Assembly (NCBI GenBank): GCA_963846575.1
Contig: CAWJWJ010000002.1
Location: forward strand, 2,368,001-2,432,000
Reading direction: 5' to 3'
DNA: 64,000 nucleotides
From: an uncultured Nitrospiraceae bacterium
Lineage (GTDB): Bacteria > Nitrospirota > Nitrospiria > Nitrospirales > Nitrospiraceae
The position numbers and the translations under genes were made by a program. Below, piece after piece: positions 38,808 through 48,520 of the stretch (positions within the stretch are counted from its first letter, which is position 1; each line of letters opens with the position of its first letter). A model generated the notes under the pieces. That model ran no database searches, was not told the origin of the DNA, and worked only from the letters and a program-made list of their open reading frames with translations.

Positions 38808-40082
38808 TTATCCCTTGGACGCCTCGGGACTCAAACAGGCCAAGGGTGGCGGCTCAGGCAAGGGATCGGTGAAGGCAGCTACCACTCTGTCATTAAACGG
38901 GACTTCCCGTTCATAGACCGTAAAGCTGTAGGGATCATCCGCCATCAAACCATACTTGGTTTGTAACATTTCGTGCTGCTTGTCGCTCAGGATGTGGTAC
39001 CGGACTCGGGCCGTCAACGTCAACCCCTTCGCGGCCTCGGGCAACTGATAGGCGAATTGATACTCCCGGCTGGCCAGCGGAAGCAACCGGTTATCGTACA
39101 ATTCCACGATGGCGGGCTGCCACATGATCCATCGCCCCATCGTGTGGCTTTTTTCAGCCAAAACCTGTTGACCCGCGTCTTTCACCGTGAACTCGACCGT
39201 AAAGTACCGGTCAGGGTCGCCCGTGGGAATCTTGTGGCCCGCTCCCGCATTCGAGAGCGTCAGGCTCACGGTCACCCGCTCACCAGGCTTCGGAGCGGGC
39301 GGATCGGCTTTCACTTGAATCGCAACCGCCCGCTTGACCATATCGGGATCATGCCCCCCCCGCCACAGGTGCCGGCGGCCCCGCCGGATCGGTCCGTTCT
39401 CGGCCACGGGACGGTCGACTTCCGGCATATGGCAGCTTTGACAGATGAAGCCCCGCTCCTGCATGAAATACTTGCCTTCATACTCGGCATAGGTCCCGCA
39501 AGGACCCACATTGTAGAACTGCGCCGGTCCCGACACGACGTTGTGGCAGCGGTAGCAAATTTGAGCCGTGCGAAAACTGGGGTCGAATTTTGTGGGGTGC
39601 GGCGCGGCCGAATCGTCGAACGGACCGAGCACCACCCCGTCGCGCACATGACAGGCGGCGCAGGTAATCGACTCTTTTCGCAAGTCAGCATCAAAGTGTG
39701 GATTGGGTTCCTGAATGGCCTTCTCGACGCGGCCTCGCGGAATGTCCTTGATCAGCGTGGGCTGCTGATTTTCCAGCGGCGTATGGCAATTCAAGCAGAC
39801 CCAGATCTGTTTGTCTTTTTTCCAATAGGCTTGGAAGAACGGATCTTCATAGGCCTGAGCATGGATGCTGGTCTTCCATTCCTCGTAGATCTCACGGTGG
39901 CACTGTCCGCAGGACTCGGCCTTCAGGCTGGTCAGCCCCTCCGGGATCTTCTGAAACGGAATGGCATGGGCATAGTCCGATCGAAGCCCAAAGATGACGA
40001 CCGGCTTCACCTCCGTATAATAGAGGTAGACGATCCCGACGATCGTCGCGAGGCCGAGGGGGATTTTCATCCAGAGACTCAT
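38808..40082 (-). CDS. Membrane-anchored pentaheme c-type cytochrome (c554-like)
   Basis: Five CxxCH motifs (CGQCH, CLNCH, CAACH, CYRCH, CQSCH), N-terminal TM, AGHKIPTG. Confidence 0.88.
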   Translation of the reverse strand: MSLWMKIPLGLATIVGIVYLYYTEVKPVVIFGLRSDYAHAIPFQKIPEGLTSLKAESCGQCHREIYEEWKTSIHAQAYEDPFFQAYWKKDKQIWVCLNCHTPLENQQPTLIKDIPRGRVEKAIQEPNPHFDADLRKESITCAACHVRDGVVLGPFDDSAAPHPTKFDPSFRTAQICYRCHNVVSGPAQFYNVGPCGTYAEYEGKYFMQERGFICQSCHMPEVDRPVAENGPIRRGRRHLWRGGHDPDMVKRAVAIQVKADPPAPKPGERVTVSLTLSNAGAGHKIPTGDPDRYFTVEFTVKDAGQQVLAEKSHTMGRWIMWQPAIVELYDNRLLPLASREYQFAYQLPEAAKGLTLTARVRYHILSDKQHEMLQTKYGLMADDPYSFTVYEREVPFNDRVVAAFTDPLPEPPPLACLSPEASKG

Positions 40083-41023
40083 GCCTCAACCAGAGCCTGA
40101 ACGTGCCGCTCAACCGACATCGCCAAGGCCGCCAGGTTGTACCCGCCCTCAAGCGAAGACAGGAGACGTCCCTGGCAATGCTTCCTGGCAAGCCCGGCCA
40201 CGATGGCGGTGAGATCGCCATACCCCTCCTCGGTCAGGCCCATGCTGGCTAACGGATCATCCCGGTGGGCGTCAAAGCCCGCGGAGATCAGCACGAAGTC
40301 AGGTTTGAAGGCATCTGCGGCCGGCACCAACACTTTCTGAAAGACTGCCCGATACTCCTCATCACCTTCCCCTGCGTCCATCGGCACATTGATCGTGTAA
40401 CCTTCGGCCGCACCGCTCCCGCGTTCTGTCGCGCGGCCGGTCCCGGGGTAGTGGGGATACTGATGGGTGCTGAAAAAGAGAACCGAAGGATCTCTCTCGA
40501 AGCTGTGCTGCGTGCCGTTCCCGTGATGCACATCCCAATCGACGATCAGCACCCTCTGAAGGCCATATCGTTTTTGGACATACCGCGCAGCGATTGCGAC
40601 ATTGTTGAACAGACAGAATCCCATCGCCCGATCGGCCTCCGCGTGATGCCCCGGCGGACGCACCGCACAAAAGGCATGTTGAACCCGGCCGCCCATGATC
40701 GCATCCACCCCGGCCAACGCTCCGCCTGCGGCGAGGTAGGCGGCCGTCAACGAGCCTGGCGAGAGTGAGGTATCGGCGTCCAGAGAGACCCGTCCGGTGG
40801 CGGGAGCCTGCTGGCTGAGGAGGGTCACGTAACTGGGGTGATGCACCAGCGTCAACCATTCGTCTTCGGCTCTTCGAGGTGCAATCATATCGAGCCTGGC
40901 AGCCAGGCCGCTCTGTTCGAGTCGCTGCATGATGACACGAAGCCGGTCGGGCGACTCCGGATGCCCGGCGCCCATGTCATGACCGAGGTAGCATGGATCG
41001 TAAATAAGGCCGGTTTTCCCCAT
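40079..41023 (-). CDS. Histone deacetylase family (class II-like) amidohydrolase
   Basis: HPESPDRL, RPPGHHA, GFCLFNN, DWDVHHGNGTQ, SAGFDAH, LEGGY. Confidence 0.95.
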   Translation of the reverse strand: MGKTGLIYDPCYLGHDMGAGHPESPDRLRVIMQRLEQSGLAARLDMIAPRRAEDEWLTLVHHPSYVTLLSQQAPATGRVSLDADTSLSPGSLTAAYLAAGGALAGVDAIMGGRVQHAFCAVRPPGHHAEADRAMGFCLFNNVAIAARYVQKRYGLQRVLIVDWDVHHGNGTQHSFERDPSVLFFSTHQYPHYPGTGRATERGSGAAEGYTINVPMDAGEGDEEYRAVFQKVLVPAADAFKPDFVLISAGFDAHRDDPLASMGLTEEGYGDLTAIVAGLARKHCQGRLLSSLEGGYNLAALAMSVERHVQALVEA

Positions 41024-41166
41024 GACAGAATCCGTGAGAAATCGCCCGACACCATCAAGGCAGAAGGGCCATGGGTCAGACTAGCATGCAGGAATCGCGA
41101 TAGACAATGATCGGAAACGCGTGCTACGGTCTGCTCTTATCTCACCGTGTTACCCTGGAGAACTTG

Positions 41167-41484
41167 ATGCCGAATCCGAGAATTGAACCGCTGAAGAAAG
41201 TGCTGACGATCGACCCGAACGACGAGGTTGCCTGGTTCGGGCTGGGGAAGGCGTATATGGAGGATGCCAACTGGCAGGAAGCCGTCACCGCCCTGCAGGG
41301 CTGCATTAAGGTCAAACCCACCTATTCGGCGGCTTTTTATGCATTGGCGCAGTCGCTTCAGAAACTCGGCCGTTTCGACGAATGCCGGCAGGTGTCTGAC
41401 CAAGGAATTGCCGTCTCGACGAAAAATGGTGATGCGATGGTGACGAAGAACCTGGAAGCCCTGAAAACTACGCTCCCTGCCTGA
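41167..41484 (+). CDS. TPR repeat protein
   Basis: DPNDEVAWFGLGKAY...KPTYSAAFYALAQ TPR pattern. Confidence 0.85.
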   Translation: MPNPRIEPLKKVLTIDPNDEVAWFGLGKAYMEDANWQEAVTALQGCIKVKPTYSAAFYALAQSLQKLGRFDECRQVSDQGIAVSTKNGDAMVTKNLEALKTTLPA

Positions 41485-41582
41485 GTCTCCGCCCACCGGA
41501 GGAACGATCCCATCCACGCCGGTCCGCGGAAACCTCCCGCCACTGCTTCCACAGACTAGGGTGGACGGGGCCATCGAAGGCC

Positions 41583-41912
41583 TTACGCTGATGCGGTGCC
41601 CGTCTCGTCATCATCCCCGGCCTTGGCCTCTCCTTCGCGCCGCTGCTCAAGTGTCGTGGCCACCTCATCGAGCCAGCGGCCGGCTCCGTCCAGCACTTCC
41701 CGTACCAGCGGTTCCGGATGGCCCGTGCGTTTCATCGTCCATTGGCACAGATAGCCCAAGAGATCTTCCCGCTCGAAGCGGCGCGTCGATTGGGTGGACA
41801 GCACGGATAGTTCCGACAGGCCGGTCCGGAGAATCTCCGCCACCGTGTCGCGCCCATAGGAGGTGGCGGCCGTCACATATTGAATCGCGCGGTTGATTTC
41901 CTGTTCAGTCAT
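41583..41912 (-). CDS. Hypothetical protein
   Basis: 109-aa ORF with SD (GGAAGG) and natural helical composition. Confidence 0.65.
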   Translation of the reverse strand: MTEQEINRAIQYVTAATSYGRDTVAEILRTGLSELSVLSTQSTRRFEREDLLGYLCQWTMKRTGHPEPLVREVLDGAGRWLDEVATTLEQRREGEAKAGDDDETGTASA

Positions 41913-42063
41913 GACCTTCCCCTGCGGCGGATTGTAACATTCGAACCGCCCCTGTCAACGGTGAGTGACGATGTCCGGGGACATGGTAAAATCTTCCAAC
42001 CTGCCGCATTCGACGATGGTATGATCCCTGGCATTGTTCACCCTTATCATCGGAGCCTCGACT

Positions 42064-43881
42064 ATGGCCGTTTCGCGCAAGAACGTTCCGCTTCGTCCAA
42101 CAGGCCGCTCACTCGCCGGTCGTGAGTTTGCCGATCGTTGGGACCTGTCCGATCTCGTCGCTGACCCGGTGAAGCAATTCGATCGCTATCTGAAAGATCT
42201 GACCACAAAGGTCGAGCGATTCCAGTCGTCCCGTGCGTCCCTGGTCGCATCCATGCCTGAACAGGCCTTTCTGGATCTGCTGACCTTGTCCGACGAGATC
42301 GCCAGAGACTCCGGCCGGCTCGGAGCCTACGCCTACCTGTGGTTTTCCGAGGATACGAAACACTTACAAGCCCGGTCGTTCAAGAGCAAAGTCGAGGAGC
42401 AACTCACCGCACTCCAGAACCATCTCCTGTTCTTCGATCTCTGGTGGCAAGGTGTCGATGAAGCGAATGCGGAGCGATTGATGGCCCGCAGCGGGGACTT
42501 CCGATACCACCTGGAGACCATCCGCCGCTTCAAGCCGCATACGCTCTCCGAGGCCGAAGAGAAAATCATCAACATCAAGAACATCACCGGCCAGAGCGCC
42601 GTCCACCAGCTGTACGATATCGTCACCAATGGCTTCACCTTCACGCTCCGCGTCGGAGGAAGGAAGAGGACCATGAATCGCGAAGCCCTGACGGCCTTCC
42701 TACGGAGTCCGAAAGCGGGTTTACGCGAGGCGGCCTATCAGGAAATGTACCGCGTGTATGATTCCCAACGGGACCTACTCGGGGAACTGTACAAGACATT
42801 GGTCAGCGACTGGAAGGCGGAGAATGTTCAACTGCGCCGGTTTGCGTCGCCGGTGGCCACCCGGAACCTCAGCAACGACATCCCCGATCAAGCCGTCGAT
42901 GCCCTCCTCTCCGTCTGCATGAAGAACGCCTCGATCTTTCAACACTATTTCAGATTAAAGGCGCGGCTCTGCAAGATCAAACACATGAACCGATACCATA
43001 TTTATGCCCCGCACCGGGCCGAGCAGAAAACCTACCGGTATGCGGATGCGGTGCGCATGGTGCTGGATGCGTACCATGGCTTTTCGCCGCGTCTCGCTGA
43101 ACTCGCGCAGCGTGTGTTCGCCGATCGCCACATCGATGCCCGCACGAAGACGGGGAAGCTGGGTGGGGCTTATTGCTACAGCGTGGCCCCCGGGCTGACA
43201 CCCTATGTGCTGTTGAATTTCACCGGCGAAGCGCGCGACATCGCCACGATGGCCCACGAATTAGGCCATGCCGTGCACGGGATGATGGCCGAGCAACACA
43301 ACGTCTTCACCTTTCACTCGACCCTGCCGCTGGCAGAAACGGCCTCGGTGTTCGGCGAACGCATTTTGTCTGACGCGTTGATGGCCTCGGAAACCAGCAA
43401 GCCGGTGAAACAGAGCCTCCTCGTCAACCAATTGGATGACATCTACGCCACGGTGATGCGCCAGGCCTATTTCGTCGCGTTTGAACGGACCGCCCACGAC
43501 ATGGTGGCGGGAGGTGCGACAACCACGGACTTGTCAAAGACCTACCTGGCCCTGCAGCGGCAGCAGTTCGGCAAATCGCTGCGGGTGCCGCAGGAATTTC
43601 AATGGGAGTGGCTCACGATCCCCCACATCTACGCGAGCCCCTTTTATTGTTATGCCTATAGCTTCGGCAACCTGCTGGTTTTGGCCCTGTACCGCATGTA
43701 CCAGGAGCAAGGCAGCGGGTTTGTGCCCCAATATCTGGAGCTTCTGGCGGCCGGCGGCTCCAAACCGCCACAGGAAATCCTGGCGCAGGTCGGAGTCGAC
43801 ATGAACTCGGAAGCCTTCTGGCAATCGGGATTCGATGCGATTTCAGGGATGGTGGATCAGCTGGAACAGACGATGCGATAA
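42064..43881 (+). CDS. pepF: Oligoendopeptidase F (M3B)
   Basis: WDLSDL, GKLGGAYC, HELGHAVH, AETASVFGE, IPHIY...FYCYAYSFG. Confidence 0.92.
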   Translation: MAVSRKNVPLRPTGRSLAGREFADRWDLSDLVADPVKQFDRYLKDLTTKVERFQSSRASLVASMPEQAFLDLLTLSDEIARDSGRLGAYAYLWFSEDTKHLQARSFKSKVEEQLTALQNHLLFFDLWWQGVDEANAERLMARSGDFRYHLETIRRFKPHTLSEAEEKIINIKNITGQSAVHQLYDIVTNGFTFTLRVGGRKRTMNREALTAFLRSPKAGLREAAYQEMYRVYDSQRDLLGELYKTLVSDWKAENVQLRRFASPVATRNLSNDIPDQAVDALLSVCMKNASIFQHYFRLKARLCKIKHMNRYHIYAPHRAEQKTYRYADAVRMVLDAYHGFSPRLAELAQRVFADRHIDARTKTGKLGGAYCYSVAPGLTPYVLLNFTGEARDIATMAHELGHAVHGMMAEQHNVFTFHSTLPLAETASVFGERILSDALMASETSKPVKQSLLVNQLDDIYATVMRQAYFVAFERTAHDMVAGGATTTDLSKTYLALQRQQFGKSLRVPQEFQWEWLTIPHIYASPFYCYAYSFGNLLVLALYRMYQEQGSGFVPQYLELLAAGGSKPPQEILAQVGVDMNSEAFWQSGFDAISGMVDQLEQTMR

Positions 43882-43933
43882 CGAATGGATGTCGCCCTCG
43901 GCCGCATGACAGCGTCGAGGGCGACGTCCTTCG

Positions 43934-44179
43934 TCAGATGTGTGCGGATGTTGTGTCGGAACCGTGCCCCTGCCGCAGGATTTCCCGCTCTGCGTCCAAC
44001 CAATCATGCAGGTGATTTCCGTCCAAACGGCCGCGTTGAACGTAGAACTCATGCGCCCGTGCCGCAATGCGGACCTGAACGTCCTGAACAGGCTCATGAC
44101 GATTCACCGGTACGGCTGAAACGGCCTCTTGTTTCGCCGGACGCGTGGCGGCCTTCGCCGGCCCCATCTTCTTCTTCAT
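43934..44179 (-). CDS. DUF2934 domain protein
   Basis: IAARAHEFYVQRG...DWLDAEREI signature. Confidence 0.85.
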   Translation of the reverse strand: MKKKMGPAKAATRPAKQEAVSAVPVNRHEPVQDVQVRIAARAHEFYVQRGRLDGNHLHDWLDAEREILRQGHGSDTTSAHI

Positions 44180-44222
44180 GCTTCCCCCCTAGTACCCTGT
44201 TTCAGTCGCCGCCCCCGCACTC

Positions 44223-44484
44223 TCACGGGACCATCACGCGCGACTTCTGCCCGGACAATACCATATTCTGAGCGTTCTGATAACGCAGCAGAACCCTGCG
44301 TTCACGGCTCAGCCGATCCACGGCCAAGAACATTTGGTTCGCCGTAAAGCCGGGAGATTCCGGAACAGCTCCTCCAGGGGACAGACGCGCTGCTGAGGCA
44401 CATACTGCAACATGGCTGTTTTGCGTCGCTGCGAGCATTCAGGGGTTCCTGCTTCGTGACCACTGACTCGCGAGATTGGGACAT
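44223..44484 (-). pseudogene. Small conserved-looking protein split by apparent 1-bp deletions
   Basis: Three frames join to give MSQSRESVV...AK/TAMLQYVPQQRVCPLEELFRNLP/GFTANQMFLAVDRLSRERRVLL; breaks lie in a T4 run (44419-44422) and a G3 run (44352-44354). Confidence 0.5.
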
Positions 44485-44851
44485 CGACAGAAGCTGACAG
44501 CCCTCGAATCTCTCTTGATCCCTTGCAAATCCCGCTGCAACAACACTTGCGGGCGAACGGCTCGGACAGCCGGCGGCGGCGGCTTGAGTATTGAGCTCTG
44601 GCGGCATGTCCGTCAGATCGGCGGAGAGTGGCACCGCCCGAAGGTGGGGCCACAACCGCGGCTGAGAGGGAGGAGTCGCACTCCGCTGAGCCGAGACAAT
44701 CTGTGGCGGCCATGAGTCCGCGTGAAACGGCCAGGGCCGAAGGTTTCCGCCGGTAGCGCTCCACCAGAAAAACGTTGTGCGTGCTTTGGCCCTCTGGGTA
44801 TAATGCGCCGCTTTCTGCAGGTGCCTCACCACCCTGTTCAATGGAGGATCT

Positions 44852-45379
44852 ATGAAGAACCTAATTCGGCTGGTAGTGATCGGCGTCTTCGTTGTTTCGC
44901 AGGGCTCGCTCGGTGCCGCTATCGCCAAATCGCCGGGCACGTCTGACACTGGACCGGGCTGCGGATGGGGGAAAATTTGGTGGGCAAAGGATGCGGGGGC
45001 AAAAACCAAAGGCGTGCAGATCCTCATGGCGACGAGCAACGGCATGTTCGGGAACCAGACATTTGGTATCAGCAGCGGCACGCTGGGCTGCACGAATGAC
45101 GGGAAATGGTGGAGTCAGCAGAAAACCATTATGTTCGCCGAACTCAATTACGAAACTCTCACCCACGAAATTGCTCAAGGTCGTGGAGAACATCTCGCCT
45201 CCCTGGCCACGCTCATGGGGATCCCGGCTGAGCGGCATGCCGTGTTTTTTGCCTTGGCTCAGGAACGCTATGCATCCCTGGTTGAGCTGGGCGACCATTC
45301 GCCGGCCACTCTCGTGCATGAATTAAGCGAAGCCATCGAGACACGTCCTGATTCGGAAACAGTTGCCATGACCCGCTAG
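44852..45379 (+). CDS. DUF3015 family exported protein
   Basis: GPGCGWG, ATSNGMFGNQTFGISSGTLGC, AQGRGEHLASLA; GGAGG SD and TATAAT upstream. Confidence 0.88.
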   Translation: MKNLIRLVVIGVFVVSQGSLGAAIAKSPGTSDTGPGCGWGKIWWAKDAGAKTKGVQILMATSNGMFGNQTFGISSGTLGCTNDGKWWSQQKTIMFAELNYETLTHEIAQGRGEHLASLATLMGIPAERHAVFFALAQERYASLVELGDHSPATLVHELSEAIETRPDSETVAMTR

Positions 45380-45866
45380 TGGTCCTCGGGAACTCGAGGG
45401 ACTTCTATTTAATTCCGAGCCCCGATCCCATGGTCGACGTGCGCACTCCGAGGACGGGGCGTCACGCCTGAAGTGCGTGGACGAGCTTACAAGAATGGTG
45501 CAGCGGCGCCTGGGATCGCGGCGCGTATCTCGGAGCGGTGCCTGTCGCGTCCGCTTCCCGGGGAGTCCGTGATCATGTCACTGCGTCGACAAGAGAGAAC
45601 CCCGCAGTCTATCCGCCCCTCGATCACCGCCAGTAACGTGAGCAACGCGAATGAATGGGGAGAAGCGGCATTCCGTCGTGTGACGGAATAGCCGTTTGGT
45701 CGGCAAGAGGCGTGACCTGCGAGGTTTCCAGGTCATAAAGAACGGAGAATTGAGAGGGTTTTGACGTGTATTGTGATGGTTCAGCGGAAGTCTGAACCGC
45801 CGATGTGAGAAATGTACTACGGACTCGTCGGTCCCGAACCGACTGCTCGCCAGGAGCCGCAATCCG

Positions 45867-45968
45867 TTAGCTGGTCAATCCCCAGGTGCTCCAGAGAGCG
45901 ACTGCGGCCACTGCCAACATGAACCACGCCAACTCACGATCTCCGATTTTCTTGATCATTCGTACCAT
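45867..45968 (-). CDS. Unannotated 33-aa single-TM small protein
   Basis: MVRMIKKIGDRELAWFMLAVAAVALWSTWGLTS; AGGAGGT SD 5 nt before ATG; sigma54-type promoter directly upstream; too short for the ORF track. Confidence 0.65.
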   Translation of the reverse strand: MVRMIKKIGDRELAWFMLAVAAVALWSTWGLTS

Positions 45969-46017
45969 GAGTCACCTCCTCCCATCCCGCTGTTTGCACG
46001 ACGATACCTGCTGTATT

Positions 46018-46033
46018 AGCAAGGCACATGCCA
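46018..46033 (-). promoter_or_regulatory. sigma54 -24/-12 promoter for the 33-aa ORF
   Basis: Minus strand TGGCATGTGCCTTGCT (consensus TGGCAC-N5-TTGCW). Confidence 0.7.
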
Positions 46034-46198
46034 TTGCCATTAGGCTGGAATTCAGTCTTTTTCGCTGATGAGCGAGCGGAAATCGAGCGGATTCGCACGC
46101 CTCGCACTGTGCGAATCATCACAGCGAGGGACTCTCAGCGGGATGATGTTCGAAGGAACCGAAAAACCGGGAAGGCAGATCGAGGTTCAGAGGCTGGT

Positions 46199-46855
46199 TC
46201 AGGAGGCTATTTCGGCATCACGTCCAAGCAACCTCTTTTTCGGATTGCTGATGGCTCTGGTGAGATACACAGCAAGGATCACTCCAAGGCTTTCCAGAAA
46301 CAGCAGTTGCCACCGGGCCCGCTGCAGCCACGACTCATAGGTCACGGCTTCCAGCGGCACTTCCCGCTGAATCCGCACCTCAAACTCCCCGATGGCCTTT
46401 TCGACGGTCAGGAACAACGCGCGGCCATTCCCCGCTCGCACATATAAGCGGACCTGCTCCTGCTTTTCCGTCCCGACCGCCGCCACCAGCGCTCTCTTGC
46501 TCGCGATAAACTCCTTGAGACGAGCCGCAAGCACTCCTAATCCCGCTCGCAGGCCGGGAGTCGTCGCGGTCAGATCCGCCAGCTTGGCCATTCCGGCATC
46601 CAGACGACTCTCAGCCAGGTTGATCGGTTCGAGAAAGGATTGTTGCTCCGTGAGGAGATATCCACGAAAGTTCGTCTCCACGTCCATCACCAGACGCTGG
46701 AGACGCAACACCTCCTCAAGAATTTTTGAACGGTGGAGTTGCCGCTCCTGCTGCGCGCGCCATTGATCGAAGAGAAACAGGTGCCCGAAGAAGGAGAGGG
46801 CCAGCGCGGCCGTAACGACGAGGAAGAGTCCGATGAACCGGCCACGTATGTCCAT
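46199..46855 (-). CDS. Stand-alone CHASE3 sensor-domain membrane protein (no output domain)
   Basis: TM - RLVMDVETNFRGYLLTEQQSFLEP...GNGRALF - TM - short tail. Confidence 0.78.
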   Translation of the reverse strand: MDIRGRFIGLFLVVTAALALSFFGHLFLFDQWRAQQERQLHRSKILEEVLRLQRLVMDVETNFRGYLLTEQQSFLEPINLAESRLDAGMAKLADLTATTPGLRAGLGVLAARLKEFIASKRALVAAVGTEKQEQVRLYVRAGNGRALFLTVEKAIGEFEVRIQREVPLEAVTYESWLQRARWQLLFLESLGVILAVYLTRAISNPKKRLLGRDAEIAS

Positions 46856-47079
46856 GATTGCGTGCGATGCTTTCCAGTCTACTCGACGACGTGAAGGCAA
46901 CGCGCCCTATCAATTTAACCGGCGCCTTTCGCGAAGTCCTCACGTGCGGAGGCTGCGGAGGCCTACGAGACCGCGTCATCGAGCAGCGATAGTATCCCCT
47001 GAGACCGGCCGCTACGAGCGATCGGTTTCTTCAATCGCCTACAGCACGATTCAGGCCACAGGATGAGGATGTGGTGAGG

Positions 47080-47108
47080 GTCGGGAGGAGCATGAGGCTC
47101 CCCCCGAC
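47080..47108 (-). terminator. Hairpin just downstream of nxrB
   Basis: GTCGGGAGGAGC-ATGAG-GCTCCCCCCGAC inverted repeat about 15 bp after the stop; U-tract weak. Confidence 0.5.
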
Positions 47109-47121
47109 GGTTCGCTGCTTG

Positions 47122-48411
47122 TTACAGCCAGTTCACGCGCTCGGCCGGCCGAATGTAGATCGGCTCTTCGACCTGCAGCCGCACCACTTCCTTGCCCGAC
47201 TTGTTGAAGCCCAACACCGTATCGTTGTACATCTCGAACCGCTTCCCGTGGATTTGGGTTTCAAACACTTTCGGACCCGGAATGACGTCGTACCGGAAGA
47301 CGATCTGCTGGCTGGCTCGCCAGAGCTGGAGCACCGCCAACAGTTCCCGGCTCGGCACGAGATACTTCTCAATCGCGTTGTCCACCCCCGGCCCGAACAT
47401 CTGCCGCGCATAGCCCCGCGGGCTGTGCCGCGGCGGAATGTAGAAGCCGTTGGGCTCCGTGCCCCATTGCGGATACAGCGGCAGCGCCACCTGCTCCACC
47501 CGAATGGCGTAGTACAGCGGATGCCAGCGATCTTCCGCCCACAGCCCGTCGTCGCCGATGCGCACCAGGCCCTGCAGCCGGATCTTGCCGACGCACGCCG
47601 CCATACACCGCGTTTCCATCGGCTCGCCGCCCGTCAGCGGGTCCTTGCCCTCGATCCGCGGATAGCAGGCAATACACTTCTCCGATACCCGCGTCGTGCC
47701 CCGGTACATCGGCTTCTTATACGGGCATTGCTCCACACACTTCTTGTACCCCCGGCAGCGGTTCTGGTCGATCAACACGATCCCGTCTTCCGGCCGCTTG
47801 TAGATGGCCTTCCGCGGACAGGCCGCCAGACAGCCCGGATAGGTGCAGTGGTTACAGATGCGTTGCAGATAGAAGAAGTACGTTTCATGCTCCGGCAAGC
47901 TGCTGCCGTGATCCTCCACGGTTCGTCCCGGCTAAAGCCGGTCTTGTCGATGCCCTCCACGATCGCCCGCATCGAGGTCGCCGTGTCTTCATAAATGTTC
48001 ACAAACCGCCATTCCTGGTCCGTCGGAATGTAGCCGATCGCCGCCTGGCCGACCTTGGCCCCCGCGTCGAAGATCGTCATCCCTTCGAACACCCCATACG
48101 GCGCATGGTGCTTGCGGCCCACCCGCACGTTCCACACCTGGCCGCCCGGATTCACTTGCTCGATCGAGCTGGGTGATCTTCACGTCGTAGAACTGCGGAT
48201 AGCCGCCGTACGGCTTGGTCTCCACGTTGTTCCACCACATGTATTCCTGCCCCTTCGAGAAGAGCCAGGTCGACTTGTCCGCCATCGAGCAGGTTTGACA
48301 CGCCAAACACCGGTTGATGTTGAAGACAAAGGCAAACTGCCACTTCGGATGCCGCTCCTCATACGGATACAGCATCTTCCGTCCTAGCTGCCAGTTATAG
48401 ACTTCAGGCAT
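47122..48411 (-). CDS. nxrB: Nitrite oxidoreductase beta subunit (two compensating 1-bp indels in this sequence)
   Basis: MPEVYNWQLGR...CLACQTCSMAD, CNHCTYPGCLAACP, CRGYKKCVEQCP, CIACYP...CMAAC. Split over ORFs 47989-48411, 47772-48155 and 47122-47919; total 1290 bp gives 429 aa, the Nitrospira NxrB size as recalled. Confidence 0.95.
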
Positions 48412-48454
48412 TGACTCTCTCCTTTCAGTCGCGAGTCGTCCCCGTCGGTCGACG

Positions 48455-48496
48455 TTCGTGAAGCGTTCGAGCTACCCTCCTCTTACGCTTCACGAA
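48455..48496. repeat. 12-bp perfect inverted repeat in the nxrA-nxrB spacer
   Basis: TTCGTGAAGCGT (48455-48466) ... ACGCTTCACGAA (48485-48496). Confidence 0.75.
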
Positions 48497-48520
48497 GGAC
48501 GTTTCACGCGTCACATGGTC

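Noticed and set aside
44302..45093. 263-aa minus-strand ORF
   Set aside because: Antisense to the DUF3015 gene for part of its length; only a short segment appears to belong to the frameshifted small gene.
45380..45860. Possible gene between the DUF3015 gene and the 33-aa peptide
   Set aside because: Short ORFs on both strands lack RBS and motifs; no call can be supported.
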